Assembly: GCA_951406725.2 (NCBI GenBank)
Contig: OX597828.1
Location: forward strand, 31,496,001-31,560,000
Source: Octopus vulgaris
Lineage: Eukaryota
Direction: 5' to 3'
DNA: 64,000 bases
Position 1 is the first letter of the stretch. Each line of letters starts with the position of its first letter. The position numbers and the translations under genes are program-made. The notes beneath the pieces are model-generated. The model ran no database searches and was not told where the DNA came from. It saw only the letters and a program-made list of their open reading frames with translations. Positions 51,131 through 64,000 of the stretch are shown piece by piece.

Positions 51131-54100
51131 CTTGCACGATAGGAAGCACTTTTAATAGCAGACTACTCTGGAAGATTACTTGAGAAAGGCATAGTCAGAC
51201 CTCAGACGGTACATCCCATTTAGGTAAAATGTATGCCAGGTGCGGCCCGAGTATCATTGAGTTCAGATTAACATGAAACTTCTGACATTTGAGTCAAACG
51301 AGTGGTGGAGGGAGCGAAGAAGAAAGAATCCCTTGGTCCTTGCAAAAGATGTTCCATATTGATCAAATCATCGTTCCTTGCGGTTTGTCCATGCACAGAT
51401 ATAAAGTTGGATCTTCCACTTCGCCTTTATATCACTAAGATCACTTAATTCACTAAACTTTAGTGTAGAGGAACCTGCACGTCAGTAACAAATTGATAAT
51501 GTGTGTTCTCCAAGGAACAAAATTCAAACGGTGTGAATCAGTCCCCACCATTCCCATTCTTGAATTGGCAATTGAATTACTTGCTTCTGAAATCATGTGT
51601 ACCTGGCTAAATATTCGAAGGGCATTTATACCGAAACTTAAACCTCGGCAGAATCAGTATGGTAGGGTGTATGACGTGGTTATGCTATTTTGAATTACAA
51701 GTAGAATTCACCCGATGCGTATCTGCATATTTTACGTCAACGCATTTTCACTCACAAGATTCTACGATTAAAAGAAAAGTTATTATTTTAATTTTTTGCA
51801 ATGTTTCTACATTCCTTTGGCGTAAATAATATAATTGTGTGTGTCTGTATCTCTATGTTTGTTCCTCTGTGTGTGTGAGTCTCTACGTATGTGTTTCTGT
51901 CTGCTTAAGTGAGCAAACAGGCCGTAACTATATGGAACCCTTCCATCTCGTCGTTAGAATTTTCTGAAAGGGACTTAACTGAAGCCAGTTTGCACTGCCA
52001 TACAATGCGCAAAGCGACAAACATCCCTATTGGCAATAACACCAATGTTAAGAAGACAAACAATTGCAAATATAGAAACAACAACAACAACAACAACAAA
52101 ACCAATTATTCAATATTACTGAAATAATAAATATATAAATTTACTGATAAATATACAAAAACCGGGAAAGTAATCAAGCTGGGAATAAAAATCGATTGAA
52201 AGAAACGCAATAACAACATGAGCAACAACAAGAAAAACAGTGAACTGCGATGCAAGTAATCTCTAGAAAAACAAAAGTAATAAATATATCATCAAAAACA
52301 ACATGCAATTATAACACGTTCTAATTGAGAACATTGTCTCGAAATCGCAAATCAAATCAAACATCAATACGATAGAAAAAAATTAAATCGATAAATATAA
52401 TAAGAAAATATTTGAATGTGTTTTGCATATGTGTTTGTGTGTGTGTGTGTGTTTATTTCTGGAAATACGTCGGAGTGTGTAGATGTAATGCATATGTAAA
52501 GAAAAAGATAAATATTCAATTTTGCGTTTTATGCTATACGCATCTATGTGTAAATAGATTTTTTTCTTTCTTTCTGAAAATATAACACTCTCACTAAATG
52601 TGCATTTCTATCCGCCATCTCTTCGTCTCTTCGATATTTACTGAATCAACACTTGCCTACGTTTTTGTTTGACAAGAGGAAGTTGTGCGTAGGAGTGTTC
52701 ACAGTAACACAACAATAATTCACACAATATTGATGGGGTTGTCAATATATGTATGAGTATATTCGTGTGTGTATGCATGTATGTGTATATAAATATATAT
52801 ATGTATATACCTTTGTGTGTGTGTATGTACATATCATAAATAAGAATGGGGAATTATACATCTTGAAAATATATCTATGAAAATATCGTTCTCATTATAT
52901 ACCCATTAAATTCCAATCTGATACATGTTTCTGCTGGATATGTGTCCCTTTGTGCTTTGATGTAGCATATATGGGCATTTGGGTAGTTCAGTTACATTAC
53001 ATATACATATCAATGTAGACAGTGCTGTGCAATGTTTTCAAGATTTTACCAATGCGAGTGTGTGCAGCGAATTGAAGTTTCAAGTGCTAGATAGTCCTTC
53101 TTAACGTGTACTGTAGGTGAGGGAAGATAAAAGCTTAGGCTTTTAGGGCTGCAGAGTTTGCTTTGAAATATGGTATTATTATAGTTCTGGTATCATTTAG
53201 GCATATAATAAACTTTTATAGAATTGACAAGAAAAAATTGTTTTAGAAATTTAGTAGTAGAATAAAAAAAACCTGATTTAGGTCAGGATGTATTCTTTTC
53301 ACTGACCTATCATAATTATGATAAAATGATTCAATAGAAAATAAATTAATATATCTAAGAGAAGTAGAAAGAAAGAGGAAATAAAGTGGAAACAGATCAG
53401 GGTAACATAAATATCGTTATAATTTTGGTATTCAGACGAGTCTGTAGCGATAGAGTTTCAGATGTAGGTTGTTCATAATAGGATAGGGACGCCAAGTGAC
53501 ACGTGGAAATTCTGCGTCAAAGACTCAAGTAAGAAATTTGGTTAAGATATAATATAAATGTTAAACGCAGCGTTTGTCTATAAGTGTATGTTTGTGTGTA
53601 TGTGTGCGTGTGTGTAGGGTTGTCTTTGTTTAAGTCTGTGTGTGTTTCTGTGTGTGTGTGTGAGCTCATGTATACATGATTCCGTTAACATTGATTAGTA
53701 AATGATACATGCATCCACATCACGCATACATGCATGTGTATTTATATAAAAATGTTCTTAGTAAAGAACAGAATAAACAAAACAAAGGCAGAAACAATAT
53801 GAGTAAAGAGAAATTAAAGAAAATGAGAATGTAATTGCAATTTTTCTTAATGAAAAATAGAAAGCGAAAAAAAAAAGAAAAAGAAACTCGGAAATCAAGA
53901 TCTTTCATCTCATAAGGACTTTTCGAAGAAACACATTTTCACTTGTTTATTTTATAGTTCGTAAACGTATATTTTTTTAAATCCTACTTAGCGAAATTTG
54001 CAGAAAATTTATTCTTAAAAATATTCTCACCATTCGTAAACACTATAAAAGATCATCTCAAGCATTTGTAAGGAGATAAAAATCTTGGATCTGCTATCAT

Positions 54101-54333
54101 CAAAAGCATTTAAGTATGCACTGGATGTGATTTTCTCAAATGAAACACTGCTTTGACCTATCAATACCCGCTCTCTCACTCACTCTCTCTCTCTTTCGGT
54201 CTCTCTCTCTCTCTCTTGATAAATACATATATACATACATACATATATGTATATATGCATATATATATATATATATATATACATACGCGCGCGAGTACAA
54301 ATATACACACACATGTGTATATATATATATTAA

Positions 54334-54724
54334 CTAGCAGTATCGCCCGGCGTTGCTCGGGTTTGTAAGGGAAATAACTATATAAGCATTTTTAGAGATG
54401 CAAAGTATAATAGCCATCTCAATATGGCTAACCACAAAGTGCGGGGTGTTACTGTAGCTTTTTACGTTCTGAGATTTGATAATAAATTTTTAGAGAGTTA
54501 CTTCCCTTATATATGCCAAAATGCATTAAAAATGGGAAAAATTGATGGTAAAAATTTTTTTAAATCGTAGACTCATCGTAGACGCGCGCTAGTACACAGA
54601 AGGGCTCGATATGAATCACGACTATAAGATAACCGGTTTTGGTTAAACTGCACCGCAAAATGTGGGAGTAAGGAATCTAAATCGTAAGAGACAGACAGCA
54701 CACAACCTCTCTTTTATATAATGA
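54334..54724 (-). mobile_element. Non-autonomous Helitron
   Basis: Minus strand: A|TCATTATATAAAAG 5' end; 3' hairpin CCCGAGCAACGCCGGG then CTAG|T; inserted between A and T with no TSD. Confidence 0.8.
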
Positions 54725-56154
54725 TGTACACAGGTTGAAGATACAAGCTACAAATATTTTATTGATGTGAGAACACATGTCTAGCCAGAATTTTATAACA
54801 CACCTTGTCTCTCTAAGCAATCTTGAGGTTCTGAACACCTGGCCTGTTCTATTTGAGAGTCGGTATATTAGCACGTTACAAGTCACAAGAAAAAATACGA
54901 AGCTTGATTTAAAATGTCGTAAGGTGAATAAAAAACAAAAAGAAACAAAACGAAAGAAAGTTACAGTTGCTCTCCCTTTGACTGAAGACGTCATACTTAA
55001 AGCAGTTGTTATATAATAATTGAACGGAGAAAGGGCCAAAGTCTCCGAGACAGCTACTCTATCTAAAGACGTTTGTGTCCTCCAGTTTGCCAAAATAAAA
55101 TTGTCCATGGCTCGCATTAGCTGAAAACTGGAATGAAATAGCACGGTAGAGTACTTAGACCTGAAAAGAATGTATGAGTTTTCAGTTACACATAAGCTGC
55201 ATTTCTTATACCATTTACATATGGCATGGATTACTTTACGATGGTCCAAGTGATTGTATGTGGCGTGTAGTTGGTCTTCAAACGCTATCCATGGCAAGCC
55301 AACTTTGGTGGTTTTATTGTTGTCGGTGTGCCAGAAGGCAGATTAGCAGCTTACATAACGTGTTTCGAAATCCTCTTTGCAAAAGCCGATGTAATTCTTC
55401 CTTCCGGTTTGGCTGGCTTGAAACGATGATGTGATTTCTGCCTCGTAGGACGAAGTATATTATGCATGCTTGGTCACGTTGGCAAGCATTTGGATCTCCA
55501 TGGTTTCAACTGGGAGAAGGCACATGGTGAAGTTTACAAGTGATTATGTCCTTTATATTGGAGCGGCAGCCGCGTGACATTTTAATCAAGCGTCCTTTAA
55601 AAAACAAGAATGTCTTGCTTGTGTTAGTTTTAATATTTAGGGAGAAGTGGTGGCGGGCAACAATATTAGTTTCCTGTGTTTTTAGCTCTAATTTTATGAT
55701 TCATACTTTTACTTGAAGGGTTCTAATACATATTTACATTAAAGCCGTTACTGTATGGGTCATTATTATTGTGGTGGGGAATACCTATCAAATATTGTAT
55801 TAGTGTAGATTTAGGGAGACCTCAAAGTAGTCAATGTTAACATGTTTTTCGGAACTCAGTCGCCTTATCAAACAGTGATCACGGTATCGAGTGTTAAAAA
55901 GCCATAATATCAAACAGTATAAATCTATTCCAGTTCTTATTCTTAAAACAATCTATTATAGTGCTGTTATTAATCCATTGCTAAAGTATAGTAGTGCTTC
56001 TAATTGTGATATGAATATTCGTTAGTATTTTTTGGCAACTAAACAAATTTCTGTCCTCGATATGTTTAACGGCCTACAAGTGTGCTTCTTGCTTAAATTT
56101 TCAGATGAAATAGACAATGTGCTCAGAGCTTAGCGATTGCTTGGAAACACAGAG

Positions 56155-56319
56155 CATGTTATTTACATTATTTACATTTGACGGATATTTGTCCCCATCG
56201 TGTTTGTTGTTAACACAATGTTTCGGCTGATATACCCTCCAGAACTTCACCAGGTGTCTTGGGGAAATTTCGAACCTGGGTTCTCATTCCTAAAGTATTT
56301 TTGGATGTTATTGTTGTTA

Positions 56320-56402
<83 letters not shown>

Positions 56403-56424
56403 GTTGGTGTTGTTGTTGTTGTTG

Positions 56425-56455
<31 letters not shown>

Positions 56456-57295
56456 CATTATTATTATGGTTATCCAGGTCTCTTCCACGTTCTTAACCAC
56501 TACCTAATATGCTCGTAGGCAATAATGGGGTGAATTTTAGGGCTTATAGTTCTAATATTTTCCTATCCTTCCTTAATACCGGTAACCATTTGCTGTTCAT
56601 ATCAGCACTCGGTCTGCTTAGGAGGTTGTTGGCTTCTTGCATATATGCTGCTTCTTTTAGTTTTCGTATTTTCCAGTGGTGTTCTCTGTCTATTATTTTA
56701 ACTTCATCCTACAGGGGAAGGTCGTCTCCATTTTCCATACATAATCAGCTATACCCGATTTATCAATATCTACTCGTATCACAGTTTTGCGATGTTCCTC
56801 TACCTTTATTTTGATGGGGCGTCGTATTTCGCCTTTGTATAATCTACCACCGCTGCACGGGATGGCGTACACGCAGTCTTTGGTCATATTCATTTCTATT
56901 GGTGGTTTTACGCGAAGGAGATATTTGCGAAGTGTTGTATTACTCCTGAATACTCCCTTAATGTCATATAGACCGCATAACTTTTGTATCTTTGCAGAGA
57001 GGTTTTTGACATGGGATAGACAGACTGTGGAAAGATTATTAGCTTCATCCTTACATTTCTTCATAATTTGAGTGGATAGTATATTCCGGGGTAGTTTTTG
57101 TTTAATAGATTGTTACTGAGTTTGATCATTTCTTTGTGGTGCTCGATGTCTTAGGCACTGAACAATCCCAGCCTTATGATGGCTGGGGAGTATATCAAAC
57201 GAAACTTTATGTTAACAACAAACAAGATCAGGATAAATATCCGCCAAATGTAAACGGTGTACACAATTCCTCATCTCTTAAATTTAGAACTGTAA
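56155..57295 (-). mobile_element. Penelope-like element, same family as 45866-47010, with inverted pLTRs
   Basis: ORF 56693-57064 DCVYAIPCSGGRLYKGEIRRPIKIKVEEH...KSGIADYVW (GIY-YIG); pLTR 56155-56300 (-) and 57170-57295 (+); (ATT)n expansion 56307-56466. Confidence 0.88.
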
Positions 57296-57350
57296 CACAG
57301 GGCATGTTATAAATATCTGAAAGTGCACGTGCCTTCAGAGCAAGACGGTA

Positions 57351-57406
57351 TTACTTGCTCGTATCTTTTACTTGCTCGTATCTTTATACTTGCTCGTATC
57401 TTTATA
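57351..57406. repeat. 3x tandem TACTTGCTCGTATCTTT(A)
   Basis: Direct reading. Confidence 0.9.
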
Positions 57407-57919
57407 TATAGCTTAAATGGTATTTAGCTCCTACAGAATGGAATAATTCATTGTGGATGTTACTTGAATTTGAGGAATGACGTAAGAGATATAAGAAACA
57501 TTTCTACTGATAGAACTGCAGGTTTTTATTGATTTATAAGTGGCCTCAATATTATTTTAAATGTTAATCACATATATCAGGATCCTTCAATGATTATTGA
57601 GTCATAAAATTCGTATCTTAAATTTGAATGGACCTTTCTTTTGTGTTGACTCTCAGTTGCTGTAAAGATAATTCGTCAGATAATAATAACAAAAGTACAC
57701 ATTCAGACATACTGGTATATTAAGTGCACCTAACTGTATGAATGTATAACTGTGTTATTAGTATCACCATACAAACAAATATATACACATTCATACGTAC
57801 AGGTATACATGTACAGGTATACATGCAAACAAAGATACATACATATACATATATTCATGCATACATACCTATATACATGAAGTACAAACACATAAATTCT
57901 TACTTGGAAATATGTACCA

Positions 57920-57951
<32 letters not shown>

Positions 57952-58281
57952 GTGTGTGTATGTGGGTGGGTGCGTGTGTGTGTGTGTGTGTGTGCATGTA
58001 TGTGCGCATGTGTCCGAGTGTGTGCGCATGAGATGCAAATATGGAGAGGATGTGTGACATTTGATGTTTGGAAGTCTCGAAGAAGATACAGCTATAAGCA
58101 ATGAGCGGAAATATAGGTTAATGAAATCCTTTGGATAGAGATATCACAATGCTGCATTTGTTATGTGCACAGATGTATATTCGAATGCCTAAAACGGGCT
58201 TCTAGATATACCGTGGGTATTTTTTCACTTTTTTTTAGGCTTATAATTCTTAGGTTTATAAATTCTTATGACCCGAGCAAC

Positions 58282-58335
<54 letters not shown>

Positions 58336-58336
<1 letters not shown>

Positions 58337-58718
58337 GAGCAAAACGCCCCCCGTTCGATGGACAGTGCTGACTTGTCAAATATTTAAGCCAAATTTTCTC
58401 AAATCAACTTGTCCGATCGTCCCATTTTGTGGCATAATTTCAAGCCACCCGGCTATTTTTGCGCAAACTGCACGTGCCTTTTACTCGCGTACGCGTAGTA
58501 TCGATCGCTAGAACTGATGTACTGCCGTGTATAAATGCACGTTCCCACGGCTTTATCGATCGCGTTCTCACCTGGAAATGATTTTTGTAATACTTTTTAA
58601 GACTTATACACGCCCTGATATGGTAGATATGTACATATCAAATTTAAGCGCAATCGGATGGAGGATGCCCTACATTGTAGAAGACACGCACATAAACAGA
58701 ACAGATTTTATATTATAG

Positions 58719-58719
<1 letters not shown>
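58336..58719 (-). mobile_element. Degraded non-autonomous Helitron
   Basis: Minus strand: A|TCTATAATATAAAA 5' end; GC-rich subterminal hairpin relic and CTCG|T (CTAG-like) 3' end. Confidence 0.55.
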
Positions 58720-58751
<32 letters not shown>

Positions 58752-58759
58752 TGTATGCA

Positions 58760-59130
58760 TTTAGTCGAACAAATTGACACCAGGACGTATTCTTTGTAAG
58801 CGTAGTACTTAATTTATAGGTCTCTTTTACCGAAAGTCTAAGTTACGGGGACATAAACATACTAACATCAGTTGCGAAGCGATGGTTGTGCGACAAACAC
58901 TAACACACACACATGCAAATATGTGTGTGTGCATGTGTGTGTGCGCGCGCGCGTGTGTGTGTGTGTGCGTATTCGACAGGTTTCTTTCAGTTTCCATCTA
59001 CCAGATTCACTCACCAGGCTTTAGCCGATCCGAGATTATGTCAGAAGACACTTACACAATGTGACACGCAGTGGGACTGAATGCGGAACCATGTGGTTGG
59101 TAAGCAAGCTACTTATCACACTGCCACTAT
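58760..59130 (-). mobile_element. SINE family A, degraded
   Basis: GCAGTGGGACTGAA..CGGAACCATGTGGTTGGTAAGCAAGCTAC. Confidence 0.85.
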
Positions 59131-59934
59131 TAGCCAGAAAAAGAAAAGTTGCAACATCAACGAGGATATTGATGAGGTTAGAGCTTCACTTACGCAAAAA
59201 GTTCTCGGTTGAAATTATAAGATTTAACTTTTAGTGTTATTGCTTTAATTCAAGATATGAATCCACTTTTTTTATTCCATATTTATAAACCAAAGTAAAC
59301 GTTTAAATATGAATGAAACGCATATTCATAACATAAAACAAAGAATTTCCAGGAAACATCAAACAGCATCTTAAGAGACTGCACAATGCTTAGCCGGCAG
59401 TTATTTGGAAATATTTCAAGAAATGTTTTGAATTCTTTTGATAGATACGTTAAATATGAAAGACGTGATAACAGCAGAAAGACTCTTTGATTTGTTGCAA
59501 ACTTACAACTCTATGTTAAATGTTTGCCACTCATCCTAATTCTAAGTCTTTGAAAATATTTTAACACTAAATTCGAGTTACAAGAAAACTATCATCTCCA
59601 CCTCTGTTTTTAAGATATAAACAGAACACAATTCTGTTTTAATACAAAAAAAAAAAAAAAAGTAAAAGATGCATACATGGATGTGTGGTAAGAATCTTGC
59701 TTCTTCTTCCGGTTGTGTCAGTGCTGTTCTTACACTGCAGAAGTCGCCACGCTGGTGTACAGCTGGCGAAATAATGATTGAAAAATACTGATTGAAATAT
59801 TGATTGAAGCTCAGCTGTAAGGTAAGACATTTGTGTTCTGAGTCCATCTTTTCTGTCTTTATGGTTTTTTGATGTTTGCTGTATTATTTTTTGTACAAAA
59901 AAGAAATCCTTACTTCAATCACGACTCTGGTCTG

Positions 59935-61285
59935 CCTAGAGTTAGGCAAAGTTGTTCACTTCTAAGTGGATTATTTTGGTGGGCGGATCCTCATCCGCCA
60001 TAAATTATGGAATTCTTTTGATGCTGTGAAAAACTTTCTTTGATGTGTATTTACTATTTAATGGGGAACTTTTCGGTTTGAACGGCAATTTTTTCTAGCG
60101 GTGTCATATGAAATTGTCACCCATAATTATGACCCTAGTATCGATCTATTGCACTTCAATCTGTTTTAGGGTTAGGGTTAGTTAGGGTTATGGTTAGGGG
60201 TGGGATGAAGGGTATCTTTTTTTCTTCAGAAATGTAAATAAACCCAATCTGTTTCTTAAACGAGGGACATATTCATACGGCACAGAATGTTTTCACCTCA
60301 ATAGACGTCATTGATTGGTGCAAATTGCGGATATTGAAGAAAAAAACAACAAATATCTTACATACTGTAGAATTTTCTCAATAAAACCAAGAGAAAAAGA
60401 TGTTTTATAAACACATTCTACCAGTATACGAAATTTAAAAGTGTTTAGTTACGTGGAAATTATTTTAAAAAAACTGCCGTTCAAACCGAAAAGATCCTTT
60501 AATGGTAAATAATTTTTGATTTTTTGTTCTTACTACCGATTCAATGGGATTAAATTTTTTTGGAGGGGGGGTAACCTAAGGGCCAGGAGTACCAGGAATT
60601 TAATTTTTTCAAGAAGCTGTTGCAGTGATTTGAACTATCACAGTACAAAGAACTGTCGTCGTGCTGAATTATTTGTTTCATTTCTTCTTATCTTTTATGT
60701 TTTTATGTTTTTCTTTTGTCTTTTTACTAACTTTTTTTATTTTGTTTTTAATTCTTTCCTTTTGATGTTTTTTGATTCTTTACTTTTCATTGAATTTTTT
60801 GTTGATCTATTAAGAGAATCAAAAACAGGATGGTGAAAAAGAATGTCATTTTTCACTTCTAAGTGAATTATTTTGGTGGGCAGATCCTCTGCGCCATAAA
60901 CTGTGGAATTCTTTTTGCTGCTGTGGAAAAACAAAATTTTCTTCGTTGTGTATTTACAATTTAATGACAAATTATATTTGTTCCTGCTACTGAGTCCCCG
61001 ATTCAACTGAAGTACCTGTTTTGAAAACTACAAGCGCCAGGAATACCGGTTGTCCGGAATTTAATTTTTTCAAGTTGCTGCAGTGATTCGAACTCTGTGC
61101 AAAGAACTGTCGTCGTGCAGAACTTTTTTTTTACATATCTTCTTATTTCTTCTGTCTTTATGTTTTTTCTCTTGTCCTCTTTCTAATTGCTTTTTGGATT
61201 TTGTTTTTAATTCTTTATTTTTCATAAATTGTGTTGAACAATTAAGTGAGCATTAAAAAAAAAGCATGGCATAAAAGAATGTCTT
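59935..61285. repeat. Diverged tandem duplication (~450-bp unit x2); first copy carries a MITE
   Basis: TCACTTCTAAGTG.ATTATTTTGGTGGGC.GATCCTC at ~59956 and ~60853; CAAAGAACTGTCGTCGTGC at ~60646 and ~61100. Confidence 0.85.
60065..60497. mobile_element. MITE with GG-initiated ~28-bp TIRs and 8-bp TSD (Merlin-like)
   Basis: TTTAATGG|GGAACTTTTCGGTTTGAACGGCAATTTTTT ... AAAAAACTGCCGTTCAAACCGAAAAGATCC|TTTAATGG; internal (TTAGGG)-like tract. Confidence 0.88.
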
Positions 61286-61289
61286 TGGG

Positions 61290-62510
61290 TTGGAGATTAT
61301 CCAACCGAAAGAGTTGATTAAACAGTAAGAGGAGAAGACTGTGGTGTTAGGAACGTATTCGAAGGTTGTCGACGCCATTGACATTTTGTCCAAAGAAGTA
61401 ATAGGACAATCTACCAACTGGATGACTATCTACCTTACTGATACGTTTCTTGCCCGGGGTGTCGGATATGCAATTATTTGATTGCTATTTGACACCCCTG
61501 AGGAGCATCACATTTTTAGAGCCAGCCCTGGGGGGCAATAACCTATTGTGTGAGAAAACTGATGCAGGCTTGGGTTTGTGGGTTGCCACTGAATTTAAAA
61601 CCAGACTGGGTAGAGAACACTATCCGCCGGGGTTTTGGGTGGGAGCAGGTACCCGGTGATTCTTGAGGGTCACCCGCACCCCAATTATTATCTGTGTGTG
61701 GAACCTGGCAATACAAAACAGAACTGCATCCAGGACCAAAGCAAGGTCCTAGAGCAGTTGGTTGAGACCACTGTAGAGAGGGAACAGAGGCGGTCGAGGA
61801 GGCGGAGGTCCGCAAGAGGAAGAAGGTGAGCAACAACAGGTGCTAACCGAAGGATCCTAGGGATAAGGGAGGGGAGGCGGATCTCCCGGTCACGGAGGAA
61901 ACCCACCCTTCCTCAGTTAAGAGGGGAAAAAATGAAGAAAAAGAGAAACGGGACACAATACAGTTGGAGACACAATACCAGAATGTCCCGGAACTTTGTC
62001 GGTAGGAAATGTGCCACCGACGAGTATTGAGCAATCGCCGGTGGTAATTGTTCCACCGACGGTGAAAGTCCCTACCTCGTCCCCTGAAGAAAAATTACTT
62101 GTCTTCTTTTACCGAGGCGGATAAGTGGAGAAGGTGTTGGAGAAGCACCATGAGGGAGCAATTATGACCTGCACACGGGATCACGAATAGCCTCCGCAGA
62201 TATCCGTGGAGGCAATAAAGTTGCTCATGTTGCAAAGATGAAGAAGTTCAATGAGGAATATCGATTGTGGCCGGGTGGCCCCAACACGTTACCCTGCATT
62301 GTACTTGAGTAAGGCGTGGGAAATGGCTCGCTATGTGGTCACAAGCGATATTGAAGCGATCTATAGGTAAGAGGTTGGAAAGCCTCGATATCGTAATCTG
62401 ATAAGAGGTTTGAAACCTCATTCTGTTTTTTACCAATGTATTTCTTTGTGTTTTAACGAACAATTATGAACAATTGTAAGAGGTTTATTGCCTCATGTAT
62501 GATAAATAAG
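61290..62510 (+). mobile_element. Second decayed gag-like ORF1 relic (zinc knuckle)
   Basis: VILEGHPHPNYYLCVEPGNTKQNC is a degenerate VEG..P.CxxCxxxGHxxxxC, followed by a charged tract; locally GC-rich; boundaries approximate. Confidence 0.45.
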
Positions 62511-62659
62511 CGAACAATGGTTTCGGGAAACACTAATCGGTTGCCGTTGTCTGTTTCCCCCATTAATCATCATTTTCACTTTTAATCTCATATAACATTA
62601 TGTCTGTGTCCAGCCCGCCGCTTCCTTCTTTCAATAGGTAAGGCCTTTATAGCAAATTT

Positions 62660-63025
62660 AATGAAATAAAGAAGATTGCTTCCCAACCACACGGTCTGGG
62701 TTTCAGTACCACTGCATAGCACCGTGGGCAATTTTCTTCTACTATAGCTTGTGGCCGATCAAATCCTTCTGAGTAAATTTCGTAGACGGAAACTGAAAGA
62801 AGCCCGTCGTGTGTGTTTGAGTCTGTATTTATCCGCAGAAACCTGCCGGCCAACCGGTGCTGACGTGTTTACGTTCTCGTAGCATAGTTATTCTGCAAAA
62901 GAAAGAGATGAAGTAATTACAAGACGTTTAAAAATTAAGTAGCGGGGCCGACACATTGGACTAAAAATTATCCAGGGTGATGCCCCCGCATGGCTGCTTT
63001 CTAATGACTGAAACAAGTAAAATAT
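62660..63025 (+). mobile_element. SINE family A, degraded
   Basis: CCAACCACACGGTCTGGGTTTCAGTACCACTGC head; ATGACTGAAACAAGTAAAA tail. Confidence 0.8.
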
Positions 63026-64000
63026 AAAATATATATTCCTTTCCTCATTAATTCGAACGAATTTCGAGATCCGGGGGCTCTTATTTCTTTCACCCAACAA
63101 ATTGAACGGTGCAGAAAGCGTCAACAAGTAAATGGCTGGAAATAACTCAGAGCACACTTATAGACTCATATTTAAATATGAGGAAACAAAGCAAAGGGAG
63201 TGTTTGATTTCTCTGAAAGAAAATAAAATCAGGTAATACGTAGAAAAATGTTTCATGTGGAATAATCTTCAATATTGTCCAATAAAAATTACAATGACAT
63301 CAGTAAACTCTTCAAAACCTTCTCTCGTCTGCAACTAGCATGAAACTGACTGTTCTTATTTGGGTAATTACAAAATCTTTTGAAAGCATTTCTACTGGGT
63401 TTTTTTTCAGTATGGAAAGCTATGCACATTCATTACACAATTCACCCACCTACAAAAGAAAACTATGTTAACATACTTTTTTTTGTTTGATAGTAATCCG
63501 TACAGGGTTCGGCAACTAAATTTCAGTGGTGATATCAAAGATATTTCTGTGCTTTAAAGAATTCAAGCATGAATTACAAACTATTATTGTTTGGCATATC
63601 TATGAGGTAGTTATGCCAAAACGGATTACTAAAGCAGAAGTAACTGCTTACTAAGGTTAACATATGTAAATGTAAATAGTTTACATTCTATCAATATTGT
63701 CGATTCGAGGATGATATTTTTTCAGCTTCCCGTATAAAATTTTAATCAACCTGAGTATGTTGATTGAGAAACGATAAGTAAATCAATATGCATTTTAACA
63801 TCTTAATCCGAACGAGGCAAACTTAGCAAAGAAATCTGTCGAATGAAGGAAAATGCTGCTCTTCTGCAATAGAAATAAAAGAGCTTTGAAAAGAGTGGTA
63901 TGAAAAGTTTTCTATGCATTTCCTTGGTTGGGCAAAAACAATATGGAGGTTGTATTACATCACTTGTTATTAAGCGCTAACGTGGAAACAAATTTGAGGG

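Noticed and set aside
51397-51435. Hairpin GATATAAAG...CTTTATATC as a pre-miRNA
   Set aside because: The stem is only 9 bp, too short for a miRNA precursor
54677-55297. 206-aa minus-strand ORF as a CDS
   Set aside because: Non-ATG start, F/L/S-rich non-coding composition, runs into a Helitron end, no recognisable motifs
56200-56507. Poly-L/I 'membrane protein' ORFs
   Set aside because: They come from an (ATT)n expansion inside a Penelope element
60168-60199. Telomere or chromosome-fusion scar (TTAGGG)
   Set aside because: Only about 5 imperfect units, lying inside a MITE bounded by TIRs and a TSD

Overview
AT-rich eukaryotic, repeat-dominated DNA with no host protein-coding gene that I can support, so it is probably intergenic or intronic. 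The three tRNA-derived SINE families, dense (TA)n/(CA)n/(ATCT)n microsatellites and decayed transposons suggest an octopus (coleoid cephalopod) genome; that is inference from family resemblance, not a database result. Most ORFs in the track are microsatellite or SINE artefacts. Supported features are many SINE copies (several with TSDs), two Penelope-like elements (RT/GIY-YIG relics with inverted pseudo-LTRs carrying hammerhead motifs), several Tc1/mariner relics (mariner, DD41D/rosa-like, maT-like), RTE/R4-Dong/CR1-like LINE fragments, two zinc-knuckle ORF1 relics, two non-autonomous Helitrons and MITEs. The most notable observations are: (1) an apparently intact type I hammerhead ribozyme with a compensatory U3-A8 core pair, inside a ~430-bp non-coding element with interlocked inverted repeats (20311-20739); (2) a 117-bp, 97%-identical inverted repeat with no other copy seen in the window (49055-49171 / 51014-51130); (3) possible ORF1-only retroelements; (4) a Merlin-like MITE whose empty site is preserved in the adjacent tandem duplicate. 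Coordinates of degraded repeats are approximate.
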